This document shows positions 1 through 11,101 of a stretch of 64,000 nt of DNA, one piece after another. Position numbers and translations under genes: made by a program. Source of the stretch: Corallochytrium limacisporum Hawaii (taxonomy: Eukaryota; Protista; Pluriformea). The stretch spans positions 41,163 to 105,162 of the forward strand of contig PDIP01000019.1 of assembly GCA_002811645.1 (NCBI GenBank), written 5' to 3'. Position 1 is the stretch's first letter, and the number at the start of each line of letters is the position of its first letter. The notes under the pieces were generated by a model. That model was given only the letters and a program-made list of their open reading frames with translations, had not been told where the DNA came from and made no database searches.

Positions 1-31
1 GAAGGTTGCGACCCTATAAACCTAAATTCCT

Positions 32-1030
32 CCTTAACTTATGGGGCAGAGGTTGGTACGTACAGACCACTCAATCTGGGAGTACAATAGGAAAGTTCCT
101 TACTTTCCCACTGTATGCCCGGGCCAAGGACCCGTCTCGGACGTGCACCATTTTGGGGACGGTGCATTTGGTCCTTCTGCCGGCATCCATCCAAATAAAG
201 ATGCGATCCCTGCTCTTCATGTGGGGTTCTCCTCTTTGCTTTCCATCTCAGGAAGTGTTACACTGCAGGACGTATCAACTTCGATGGCATGGCCATTGTT
301 TATAAACCCTTATCCGACGGTGATAATCGGACGCTAAAAGTTCACTGACGCGGCGAATTTTTCCAGCCAAGCGCCACCATGCACTTAATAAAAGGTCACC
401 CTCATTGACGTGCACAGCCGGTCAATTGACCCAAACGGATGTGCGCCATTAGGTGTGTGGCTGTGTTTGGGTGCGCACTGCATGTATTGTAAGAATTTCA
501 CTCTGCGTATCAGAGGTAACGAATGCCTGGCTGGGAACATACTCCTCCGCCCTCCACATTCCAGATGTTTTGGTTTGTGGTTCACAAGGTTGCCCTACTG
601 TAGCACTAAAAGAGGGCTTTTCCGTACCGCACAGTAATTAGCTCGTCGCTGTTTCGAAAGGTTGTAAAATAAACCCACAGTCAAGAAGGGACCTCCACCC
701 AACCCCCCGCCTTCCCCACCCTTCTGCCCCATTCCCGGGCCGGATCCGATGGTTTAGGTAGAGAGCTGGAACACCGAATTTCAGTGCACTGTAGATCAAC
801 GAGGGGGGTTCCGGGCCGGTGTAACATTTGTCTTCGCGTTCATTAAGCGCGCGTCCGAACGTGCCCAGCTGTCCAGTCCAGTACAATCGCGCTTCAAAGA
901 GTGTTCGGAACATCCACGCACATCTTGGTCAGGTTCGCACAGCCCTCTTTCTGTCCGTAGAGAAATGCAAGTTTGTCCCTTTCGTTTTGTTTCGTATCCG
1001 CCCCATTGACTGTTTTAAGCAGTACAGGTA
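32..1030 (+). mobile_element. Eroded Ty3/gypsy RNase H + integrase fossil
   Basis: P*LMGQRLVRTDH (32-70) resembles RH PYLxGxxFxVxTDH. AHCMYCK (~473-493) resembles the IN CxxC. FVPFVLFRIR (972-1001) resembles IN LPxVLFAYR. Stops and frameshifts throughout; matched by eye. Confidence 0.5.
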
Positions 1031-4000
1031 GTACTACAGAATAAGAATTGCGGTGGATGATATTATAATGCTTGCGAGGGCGGAGGTCCGAACCTTGATC
1101 GTAACGAAACTGCTGCAACTCCAGCATGTTCATCGATCTGTCGTAATTGCCGTCCACTTATTGAAGTGGGGAAACTGTGGGAAGTAATAAGCACCTTTGA
1201 ACCCGTGTTAGTTATTGAATCTACATCTTTTTCCACCCCTGTTTCGGTTTCAGGTTCCCGGTTGCAGCTACTCTGAGAACCAACATTCTAAACATAGCAT
1301 CCCTTGACGAAGTAGGCATAATGTCAAGCCCCTTTTCAGTTATCAAGGCATCGATCTCGTGCAGAAGAAAGCCATCCCAAGTTAGCGGTACCTTAAAATG
1401 CTGCTGGACATAAAAAATCAAACAAGGCGACCGCCGACACATCCTATAAAAATAGAAACTTCTACACAACTAGCACACGTCCAGAAAAAGTGATATACGT
1501 ACATCTCCTCTCACGATGTATCAAGGTTTTCGCGCTGGAAGCCATTTCTTTCCGTTCTTTGAAGGCTTCGCGCCGGATTAGAGTAGACATCCCAAGCATG
1601 CAAAGCAAAACAGCCACTGGCTATTAACCCCAGAAATACTGCAGTAATTGGCGATGATAGGATCTAGTATTCGGATCTCTGCATGCTTACTGCGCAGAAA
1701 CAGCTGAACAAATCACTTCGCAGCTTCCTGACACGTTCATCGTTCGTTCGTTCGTTCGTACGTACGGCAACTGGTCCATGTATGTGTGTGTGTGTGTGTG
1801 TGTGTGTGCATATGGATGAATTCTGTGAGGGATCTTATTCTATTCTGTTTCAAGGGGCAACAGTAGCGAATACGGACGAGGCTGACACACATTGACTAAC
1901 GGCTGAACTGGAAAAGCTACAGACGCGGAGAGTGTCTTTCGTCACTTCTTTCTTCTCACTCAGAACAGAATATGTAATACACCCACCAAAAGCACGGTGT
2001 TGCTTCCCTACTCCGCCCGCACCGCGATCCTCCCCTCTTCTCTTCCTCTGCTACCTTGTTGCTGTGGTTTTTTTACCTTGAAACGTTTCCATTCCTTCCT
2101 CCGTCTTGTCTCTCTATCAACATGTGCCACTTTGCATGCTCATATTTCGTTTCCAATGAACTATACGGAACGGCAACATCAGCAACAGCAGGAATCAGAC
2201 AAAGACCCACACGGGCACAGAGAGAGATTTAAATGCAGACAATGGTGGACATGTGTTTGTACATGTCCGATGTTGATGGTTGTGCCATTGATAGACATGT
2301 TTTGTTTTTGGCATCTTTTGACACACTTTTAGTGATGCTCTGCAGGGCGGAAAACTGGAGAGAGAAGACCAAAAAGCCAGCATATTAAATTTACAAGCCA
2401 TTTGCAAACCTGTTACAAGCCTGCCGTCCGACCATGTCATCCTCGTCTCTAGGTTTCCCTGCCGGGTGAGTAGGCCATGGCAGTGTACCGTGCAGAGCGA
2501 AGCAGTAACAGTGGCAAATGTGGAGGGCCCCGTAGCCACAGTTCCATGTCTCCGCATTAATTGAGAAACAAGGCACAGACACAGTCAGCGGACAGAGAGT
2601 TGCTGCTGCGGTTTGGGGTCTCCATCGCGCGTTTCTCGTCTTTCCTCGCTCCCGTCCCAGGAGGGCAAGAAAGCGGTGTGCCACTAATTTGCTGCTTTTT
2701 TTGGCAAATAGTTGGTGACTGGGAACCCCCTTGAAAGTATATAGCAGTCAATGACTAAACTGCTGTGCAGCCAGTGCGGGACGCGCCGTTGGGATTTCTA
2801 ACCTTAGGGACCCCACCCCCTTGTGCTCTGCCGCCTTGGAGACGACGTGTAAAAACGACGGTACATTAGTACGGTGCGCGGGCCGAAGAAGAAGAAGAGA
2901 GAGACTCCTCTTTTTTTTTGTTTTTACCCTTCCTTTCCGTCCGTTTCGGTCTCTGCGTACGGTTCGTTGCGAGGCTCCCAGTTGGGTCCGGACCGTTGTT
3001 GTTGTCGTGGTTGTTGTTTTTGTTGTTTTGTCCGTGTGTTTTTTCGCCCCGTTGGCTTGCAGACGTCGACGCGTAATTCATCCCCCCCCCCCAACCCTTA
3101 CCCTTACTACCCCCCCTTTCCTTCACCACCGCCCCGGGAACGGATTGGAAGGCGAGGGGGGGGGGGGCAGAAACCCGACTTAGATCCGCCGACACGGAGG
3201 CGAACAAAAGAATGAAATTTGCCTTTTTTCTTTTTGCCTCCTTCTTAGATTCTTTTCTTTTTGGGTTCTAGGAAGAGAAAAGGGCAATTTTCGGAACCCT
3301 TAATAAAAAATGCACCAGGGTTCTTTCCTTTTTCCGTTCGCCCAACTTTAAGTGGGTACCATGATTTACTGCTCAATTCCTTCGTTGTGTCTCCCTTGGT
3401 TGCTGTAGGTAGGGCACTTACTCCGTTTGGTCATGAAATCGTATATTCCGTCAGCGGGGTTCCGTGTTTATTCCCCGAACGGACAAATTCTATGCGAGAG
3501 GTGTGTGTGTGTGTTTAAAGGAAAAAAAAAGGTTCCATTTTGTCTCTCGTTTTTGTTAATCGAGAGCAACACTGGAAAACACAGGAGAGAGTTTGTGTGG
3601 GTGTGGGTTGGGTGTGTGTGTGTGTGTGTGTTCAAAAAGCAAATAATGAACGGGGTGAGCGTCTCAGGTAATACGTTTATTTGGTGTCTGTCGCCTACTG
3701 TTTCTATGGTTCTCAGAACAATCATCGCACAATTGACAAGGGAAACACCTTTGTTAGCAGACCGGCGGGAGCGAGCCCCAATGGCACGTCGCCAAATCAA
3801 CATATGGCAAACGCGATGGTCTCACTTCTCGGGTTCCTCACTCCTAGCGGTGATAGTCACTTAGAAATCATTCCTACTTTGAGTACTGGAATTGATCAAA
3901 GTAGAAACTAAGACCCCTCACAATAGTGTACTGGAAACAAAAAAAATGTTGTGTGGTGCAAAGGTCCAAATTGCGTCACTTCGGTTTGCCGCAGTGTGGA

Positions 4001-4719
4001 GTCCCCCCCCCCCAGTTCCTCCCAGCTGGCTAGAACGTTCTGAGAATCTTATATAACAGTTGTGTGCAACAAAATCCCCTGGTCAAGGAGATAATTAGTA
4101 TGCAGAACCAAGGGCAATATTTTTTTTTTGCCGGAGAGCAGTCTTGCCAGCTGCGAACGAAATAACCGTTATTGCAGCCGCAGGTGCGCACGATCTCAGC
4201 ACCGCTGGCCAGTCTTGCACTCTCGCTCCAGCCTGTGTCGGCCCAACCCCCTTCCGCCGCCCTCCGGCACAGCAGGGGGGAGGTTGTAAAAATGGGTCCC
4301 TCGGGTCTATTTCATCAGGGGCAAAAAGCTTTCGGTCTCATCGTTTACCGGGGCAGAAAACTAAAAGTCCAAGCGAAGTTCTTCACCCTGTGCTCACACC
4401 CGCACAACCTGTTCGGACCATGCTCCCATCCATACCCTCCTGCGAGCCCTAACCCCGATTCAAGTTTCTCTGTGAATATAATATATCCCCCATCTCCCCA
4501 CCCAACCCCCCCCCTTCCTTTGGCCGAATCGCCGCGATGCTCGTATGGTTCTTTTCCCTGTCGCCCGGGGCCCGACGCCGCGTCGCAAGAAACAGTCTCC
4601 TGCCCTGGGTGGCCCTCCGTGCGTGCGAGGAGGGTGCATGTTTCGGTCTCCTCTGCTGACCGTACGTGGCACAGTGTTGTATAGCGACTCTGGAGGAACT
4701 GCAGTTTCGATGGTTCGAA

Positions 4720-5012
4720 TGTACGTGCTTACCGGTGATGTGACTATTGCAGCAGTGGCTGTCATCATCTACGCACGTCTGCCCATCATTGATACCTTTG
4801 GAAGATATTGTGTCGCATTATCGTATAAATTTTCTTTGCCTGTGGCTGGCCGTCTCATCGCTTTACCGGCCATGGCCACTCCCTCACTCAGCCATACAAA
4901 AAGCCGACTGCGCAAAGAATGTGACCACGACAGCTCCCCCACCTTCGCAGAGATATGTACATCCATCTGGTTCTTTTTCATGTCCTACCATGTCTAAGTT
5001 AATTGAACGGAT
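4720..5012 (+). mobile_element. Eroded retroelement integrase core fossil
   Basis: LPIIDTFGRYCVAL (IIDTFGRY at 4785-4808) resembles LVxIDxFSRYxxA. It is followed in the expected order by DHDSSPTFAEIC, SYH and (other frame) LIER. Confidence 0.5.
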
Positions 5013-5239
5013 CCCTGAGAGTGAAGGGAGGGGAGATGTGTGAGTGTTGAGTAGCCACCGTGGAGAAGAGAGAGAGAGAGGCAAGATTGCACACTGACGA
5101 ACGGTTGATCCAACCACTAAGAACGGACGACCCTCCTTCCTCGTCCTGCTCCCAGTGCACTCTACGAACCTCTGAACCTGCAACGCCGCAGGTTCACTTG
5201 TCCTGGACCCCTCCACGGAGAGTACTTATCGCGCTGAGC

Positions 5240-7392
5240 AAAAAAGATACGGTACATTTACTATTGCGATCCGCAGCGCGCCAGAATCTGGGTGACCATG
5301 TGCCCGCCATCCGCAGGTGTTGACCGAGGTCGACTGTCAGCAGTCTGTGATTGTAGACGCCGCCCAGTTTCACAGAATCAAAAACTTCATCGAGCTAAAA
5401 ACCGAGATATAATATCCATATATTATGTATATAAATTCCTCCCATGCACCTTGGTTGCTGCCTGACGAAAGGATTCTTTGCGCATAAGGAAAGAAACTGG
5501 AACTGAAGCCGACTAGCAGATCGGTTACACTGCATTGTACTACTCACGCCTTGCCGATCCACACGAGTGAGTGGGCGAGAGAGGGTGGCTTGTATAGTAA
5601 ATGTACTTATAAATATATTTGGGTGATGTACGGTGCAAAACAGGTCATGAGGCCTGAAATTTTCTTTCGTCTCCGAAGTTAGGTCAGTCAGTCCCAGTAA
5701 TTGAGGATCTTATTCCACTCGTGTATGCCATTTAATTCGCGCTATAGGTATTCTATTCGTTCGCGCGAGCAGACAAGACCCACTCGGGCACTTGCCAATT
5801 TCGGAACTGTGCAAACTCAAACGGTGAGGATCTGTGCTGCTTGGGGGAACGGAGTGTCGGCCAGAATGTTACTGCGCAAAATGCACGCATGTGGGAGAAC
5901 GGTGACATCCTCTTCAATTGCTTCCAACTTCTATAGCAATTCTACCGGGTGTATGAGATTCTCTCGGACCCATTACTGAATGTTGGCCAAGAGAGCTTAT
6001 GCTGAAAAAAATTTGCTCAATCGATCGTGCCGCCTAGGTACAGGTGCCCACACGCCTGTGGCCATTTTTGGTGAGACCCGATGAATATGCCATTTGCCTC
6101 TGAACAGCAACTCTTATAAACGTACGGTAGGTAGTGGGTGAATGTCCCAGTTCTCTCAACTTTTTCGCAACTCAGAGAAGTTCCCCACCGCGTATGTGCG
6201 GGTTTTTGCGTCTCTACATTTGTTCGGCCGGGTTTCTGTTCTGGAGAAGGACTCCACTGTTCGAGGAGGCGCACATTCGTTGCCCGTTCCATACATGACC
6301 AATCCCTTTCGTTTCAAGCCTTGGAGGCCCCGGTTCGTCACATTCCCGATCTAGGGGCCCGCATGTTCAGGGACACAGTTGGGCCCGGTTATAAAAGACC
6401 AAAAGGAAACAAAGGAAAGAGACAATAATCGGGTTCCCGCCAGCGGTTTGGCACAACGCCTTTTTGCCCACGCCATCTGGATTCCATCTGCGATACAGTA
6501 TACTTTTCAGGCCTACCGTCGGAATCGTTTGTGAACAGATCACGGCAGCGGATGCGGGAAGTCCACCGCTCTACTTCGCCAACAAAAGACACCTTTGTTA
6601 CGCCAATTGTATCAAGGTCAACATCGGGTTAATCTCTCCGATATTGAAGATCTTGCAAAGTTCAGCACAACACCACATGGACGCACACAACTGTGCCGAC
6701 ATCATCGCACCCCCGCCCACCCACACAAGCGTTCATATTGTCCAGGGACCCAAGCCTGTAATTTTGGATGGGCCCTGAGACTCTGCATGTGATCGTGAGT
6801 TTGGTCCATGTGGCTCTCTTGAGACTTAACTTTGATCACGAATATTTGACGTACATTTAGTATGAACAAGCGACCGGTGTATCACTAATGCCTACCATAA
6901 CGTAGACCCAGCACATCTCCAGCGGCTTATTAAGCAGTCCTCATTCGTCATTTTTCAGTGCGCTATCACACACCAATCCTTGCATATATCAAAGCCTGCA
7001 GATTAGTTCATAGTTTGCTCAGTACACTTTCAATAGTAAACACTCTGTAGCAACATAAACTTGTGGCCAATGCACATACCTCCGTTTCCACATCCACACT
7101 TTTCATGCGAAGGTGAAAGTTCGTCAGTGGTTCCAAGAGAATGGATCCTACATGTTCATATCAGCTCGGGTTCATCGGACGACTCACCATCGTGGTGTGG
7201 CGTGCCACTTCCACTTATCCCGGGCAAAATGAAACATTGTCGGTAGTTATTGCTCCCGTGTGTCTGGCGATCGTGCGCCACCTTTACAAGTACATTTTGT
7301 TCATATACTGGTTAACCGATAACTCCCTGCTCGTCTACTTCTATGCTCTTTCGTGGCAATCCAGGATGCCGTTTCTGAACCTGTCCGGTTAA
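5240..7392 (+). mobile_element. Eroded Ty3/gypsy gag-PR-RT-RH fossil
   Basis: Motifs in collinear order: gag-like KKDTVHLLLRSAARQ and QQSVIVDAAQFHRI (5240-5379); protease-like PTRALANFGT (5779-5808; cf. RALxDSGA); RT-like GSPPLYFANKRHLCYANCIKVN and YQGQHRVNLSDIEDLAKFSTTPHG (6557-6681); RH-like CLAIVRHLYKYILFIYWLTDNSLLVYF (7261-7341). Confidence 0.6.
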
Positions 7393-8723
7393 TAGAACAG
7401 TCCCACCACCATCGATGCTGAGAATCAGAGCCACCACTGAACAGTGCCCGTGCCCCTCCCACGCGGTATCCTCTAGTGTGGCTATTCTTGAATCCAGAGG
7501 GAAGCAAAAAGCGAAACACCGGTACGGATTATAGACCGTCCACGTCACTATTTGCTGACAAGGCGCCCATCGCTATCCTAAGAAAGGATGTATAAGGGCT
7601 AGATAGTGGAGCTCTGAGAAAGGAACTTTAGGTGAAGCAAACGTGGGTGCGCTTTCCCTAAGGCCTTGCGACCACAACGTCTAAACTGCATCCTGCATGC
7701 CGGTCCATTGCGCCTCTGAAACTGTGAATGATCCAATTTATTTACGGCATGCGTTTTGTGTCGAGATGCTCGGATCATGGTGACTGTGTCCACGTCTCCA
7801 TTTCTTGTTTTCGTTTCTTCCTCCAGCTCGCCTCCTCGGTTTTCGCGGAAAAAATGCCAATGGGGAAGACAACGTTGATGTGATCGGTAGGGGGTTGGTT
7901 TTGTGGGTGGCTTACTCAGAGGTTTGGTGGTGGTGATGGACGTATGGGAGGTGAATAGTTCACTGGTTTTTTGCCTTGCTAAGAATGACGAGCAAACCCC
8001 TCGTGAAGGAGAAGAAAAAACTTTTTCGCTGTCGTCGAATTGCTTTATCATACTCTTCGGCCGTCGAGACTGTGTTGAGTTTGGTTTCAGCACACACAAA
8101 TATGTAGGCAGGCAGCGATTAGAACCCCTCGCTAGCAGCCATTCCTTCTGTTACAATTCCTTTAGATGCCTTCCAGTGTGTGCCATACAGACTCCATTAA
8201 TCAACCATGAGCTCTATAACGCAAAGGCAGTTCGCTGACCGAATTTGGCCTTTACGAACCCCATTCACCAGAACGATGAGGGAGCGCACCGCCACACATA
8301 CAAAGGCCGCCCAGAATTGCTCAGCATCACAGGGGTGAGAAAAGGGGGCAGGTCAGCATCAGTAGCAGTGACACCGTCCCGACTCGTTTTCTTGGATTGG
8401 TTAACCAGAGTGTGCGTCAAAAGGAGATGGTTTGGCAGTACGCGCGTGTGTGTGTGTGTGTATGGGGGCAGACCTAGAGACGAAAATACGGTGCCCGCTG
8501 ACACATCACTGACGTACCGGGTGTTTTATGACTGCAGAAGCAATGGAGGCAGAAGTACAGCGCGCAGGGTCTCTCGGAGCCAGAGAGGCGGGAGGGAGAG
8601 AGAGAGAGAGAGAGAGCAGCGAACGCACAGCCGCCAGCCCGAGACAGAAGAACGGGGGAAAGGGGTCAGCAGACCTTGTACATTTTCCCTTGCCCCTGCC
8701 CGCCCTTTCCCCCCTCCCCCCCC

Positions 8724-9042
8724 NNNNNNNNNNNNNNNNNNNNNNNNNNNNNNNNNNNNNNNNNNNNNNNNNNNNNNNNNNNNNNNNNNNNNNNNNNNNN
8801 NNNNNNNNNNNNNNNNNNNNNNNNNNNNNNNNNNNNNNNNNNNNNNNNNNNNNNNNNNNNNNNNNNNNNNNNNNNNNNNNNNNNNNNNNNNNNNNNNNNN
8901 NNNNNNNNNNNNNNNNNNNNNNNNNNNNNNNNNNNNNNNNNNNNNNNNNNNNNNNNNNNNNNNNNNNNNNNNNNNNNNNNNNNNNNNNNNNNNNNNNNNN
9001 NNNNNNNNNNNNNNNNNNNNNNNNNNNNNNNNNNNNNNNNNN
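8724..9042. other. Assembly gap (others at 13444-13662, 17029-17268, 49790-49908, 60642-60674, 63395-63611)
   Basis: N runs, each bordered on at least one side by a G or C homopolymer. Confidence 0.99.
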
Positions 9043-9841
9043 AGTGGGGAGAAAGGGAAGGGGAAGGGGGACGGACCCCCCGGGGAGGTGGGGGGGGGTA
9101 GTGCCAGAGTCAAAGGGGGAAAGTTTATGGGAAACTTTTGCTCCTTTTGCAGACCCGAGTGGAATTTGATCTATACCAGCAGTACCGCAGAAAGGGACAC
9201 ACTGCGAATCCACCGCACTGCTGAGAAAACCGGGGAAAGGAAGGGGAGGGGGGGATATTTTCGCTCGCCGTTTTGCTCATGGCGGGCCAGAGGTATGGGA
9301 AAAATAAAATGCACAAAAAGTGCCAAACAAAGCAAACTGTAGGTGGAGAATGACTATAGTTCGGCAAGGGCGGGAGAGGGTTAGACTTTTCACTGCACGC
9401 CCAGGCCGGCGGTTCGCCCACTGCACAGCTAACGTTTGGTCCCCTCCGGAACACGGAAAGATCTTAATATCGATGCATTATTTAGAATATAATGTGTAAT
9501 ACAAGAGTTTGGTTGTAAGTCTCTTACATGGCTACAACTAAGTGGTGTTCTTGTACAACAGTTTCGGGTTGTTCGTTGTCCTGGGGAAAAGGTGGCAACG
9601 TTACTATCATCTCACCAAGAGCTATTTGAGAAGAGAGAGCAAACGTTCGAGGCGTCTGTTAAAGTTTCTTTATCATTCACAATTAACAGCGACATACAAA
9701 TCAATCAGCGATACCTATATAAAGAGAAGATCCGGAACTAGTTGTCATCACTAGTAGATAAAGGTACAGACAAAAACGTGAATTTCAAACTACGCGAATA
9801 CCCTCATTTAGAATCAAACTAACAGTCCCTTGCAGAAGAGA

Positions 9842-11101
9842 ATGACAGACATATTACGGGACAACCGTCCGCAGCCGATTGCGCTGCCTCCTAGTCGACG
9901 GACCCTGAGTGAAGACTGCCTGTCTGAAAGGAAAATGTCTTTACCCATTGGGCCTACCACACGGCTCGGCCGTAACAAATCTGGGAGGGCGCTCTCAACA
10001 CCAGAAATCTTCAGGGGTACTCCTGGATCTCGGATAGGTGTGAGGCCCTCCTGGTCACCGACCCGCCGCGGTTCAGGAAGTCCTATCGACACCCTAGAAG
10101 TCCGAACTGGATACCTGGACAAGCCTCATGAAGACAGTCTTTCTCTCTATGAAAGCGACACCGGATCACAGACTAGCATTGAGTCCGGTCTCTCACATGA
10201 ACAGCTTGCGTCCATTATTCGCCTGAGCAACGCCTCGTATGAACAGGCTGACAAACTAAGCAAAGACCTGCTCCGCGCCGCTTCCAAGGGGGACCTTGAT
10301 GCCGTGTACTGGAGCCTCGAGCATCCTCTTGTTGAAATTAACTGTTGCACTCAGTCTGGCGTTACGCCGCTCATGTACGCCTGCATGTACAATCACATTG
10401 ATGTGGTCGAAGTGCTCCTGCAGAACGGTGCCTCCACCCTCAACGGTTGCGGCTTCCCACGCAATGCCGTCGATTTGTCCCGTGAGTACGCTGACGAAGA
10501 CGTCCTCCTGATGGTCGAAGAGGCCCACAAGAAGGAGGCGCGCGGCAGTGACTCCAGTCGTGGCGACTCCACCCGCCGCACCTTCCTGAAGGTGGACAAG
10601 GTGACTGGCCTGGAAATTGAGGCCCAAGACTCTGGCCGCCCGCTCTTGGAGCGCCAGATCTCGACAAACATGGATCCCAGCAAACGCTACGTTCGCAGCA
10701 CCAAGTTCTTTGACATTACCGTCCGCAATCCGCGCACGGTGGGCAATCTGCCCTGGACCATGCATACTCAGTACGAGATCAGCGTGGACGTCAAGGGTCA
10801 CTCCCTCGACTCTGCTGCATCAAATTCAAAGCACTCCTTTGTCATCACCCGCCGTTATCGCGAGTTTGCGAGGCTGTGGGAGAAGATCGAGGCCAAGCTT
10901 GCTGAGTGCGACGCCAATGACTTGGTCAATGAGGATGCCCTGCCTGCTCTGCCTCCTCGTAAGCTGCTCTCTCGCTTCAGCTCCGCCGTGGTGGACTTGC
11001 GCATGAACGCCTTCACTGAGGTCCTGACCTGGGCCGCTAACCACAGCGAACTCTTCGAGCTCGTGATTGAGTTTCTCAACATCGAAGTCAGCTATGCTTA
11101 A
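9842..11101 (+). CDS. Ankyrin-repeat + C-terminal PX domain protein
   Basis: First ATG at 9842 (the ORF track starts at TTG 9830). Ankyrin repeats LLRAASKGDLDAV and GVTPLMYACMYNHIDVVEVLLQNGA. PX signature: HTQYEISV...RRYREFARL...LPALPPRK...VVDLRMNAF...IEFL. Ser/Arg/Pro-rich disordered N-terminus. Confidence 0.88.
   Translation: MTDILRDNRPQPIALPPSRRTLSEDCLSERKMSLPIGPTTRLGRNKSGRALSTPEIFRGTPGSRIGVRPSWSPTRRGSGSPIDTLEVRTGYLDKPHEDSLSLYESDTGSQTSIESGLSHEQLASIIRLSNASYEQADKLSKDLLRAASKGDLDAVYWSLEHPLVEINCCTQSGVTPLMYACMYNHIDVVEVLLQNGASTLNGCGFPRNAVDLSREYADEDVLLMVEEAHKKEARGSDSSRGDSTRRTFLKVDKVTGLEIEAQDSGRPLLERQISTNMDPSKRYVRSTKFFDITVRNPRTVGNLPWTMHTQYEISVDVKGHSLDSAASNSKHSFVITRRYREFARLWEKIEAKLAECDANDLVNEDALPALPPRKLLSRFSSAVVDLRMNAFTEVLTWAANHSELFELVIEFLNIEVSYA

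Noticed and set aside
638-1469. Minus-strand ORFs with faint LINE-like words (LTWDG...EIDALITEKGLDI, QGSDLRP)
   Set aside because: No YADD or other convincing motifs, and the + strand integrase reading explains 640-1030 better. It remains a possible counter-example to the orientation rule and should be tested.
1780-1922. GTATGT...GACTAAC...CAG intron-like signals
   Set aside because: No flanking exon or ORF, and the donor overlaps a (GT)n microsatellite.
3093-3107. Telomere-like AACCCTTACCCTTAC
   Set aside because: Only two imperfect units, inside a C-rich island.
6389-6592. Minus-strand copia-RT-like DSDGRPEKY
   Set aside because: Isolated, and it overlaps the stronger collinear + strand gypsy RT motifs.
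8245-9342. Long ORFs spanning N-gaps (also near 13241, 16903, 49407, 60559 and 63175)
   Set aside because: Artefacts of X translation and low-complexity sequence.
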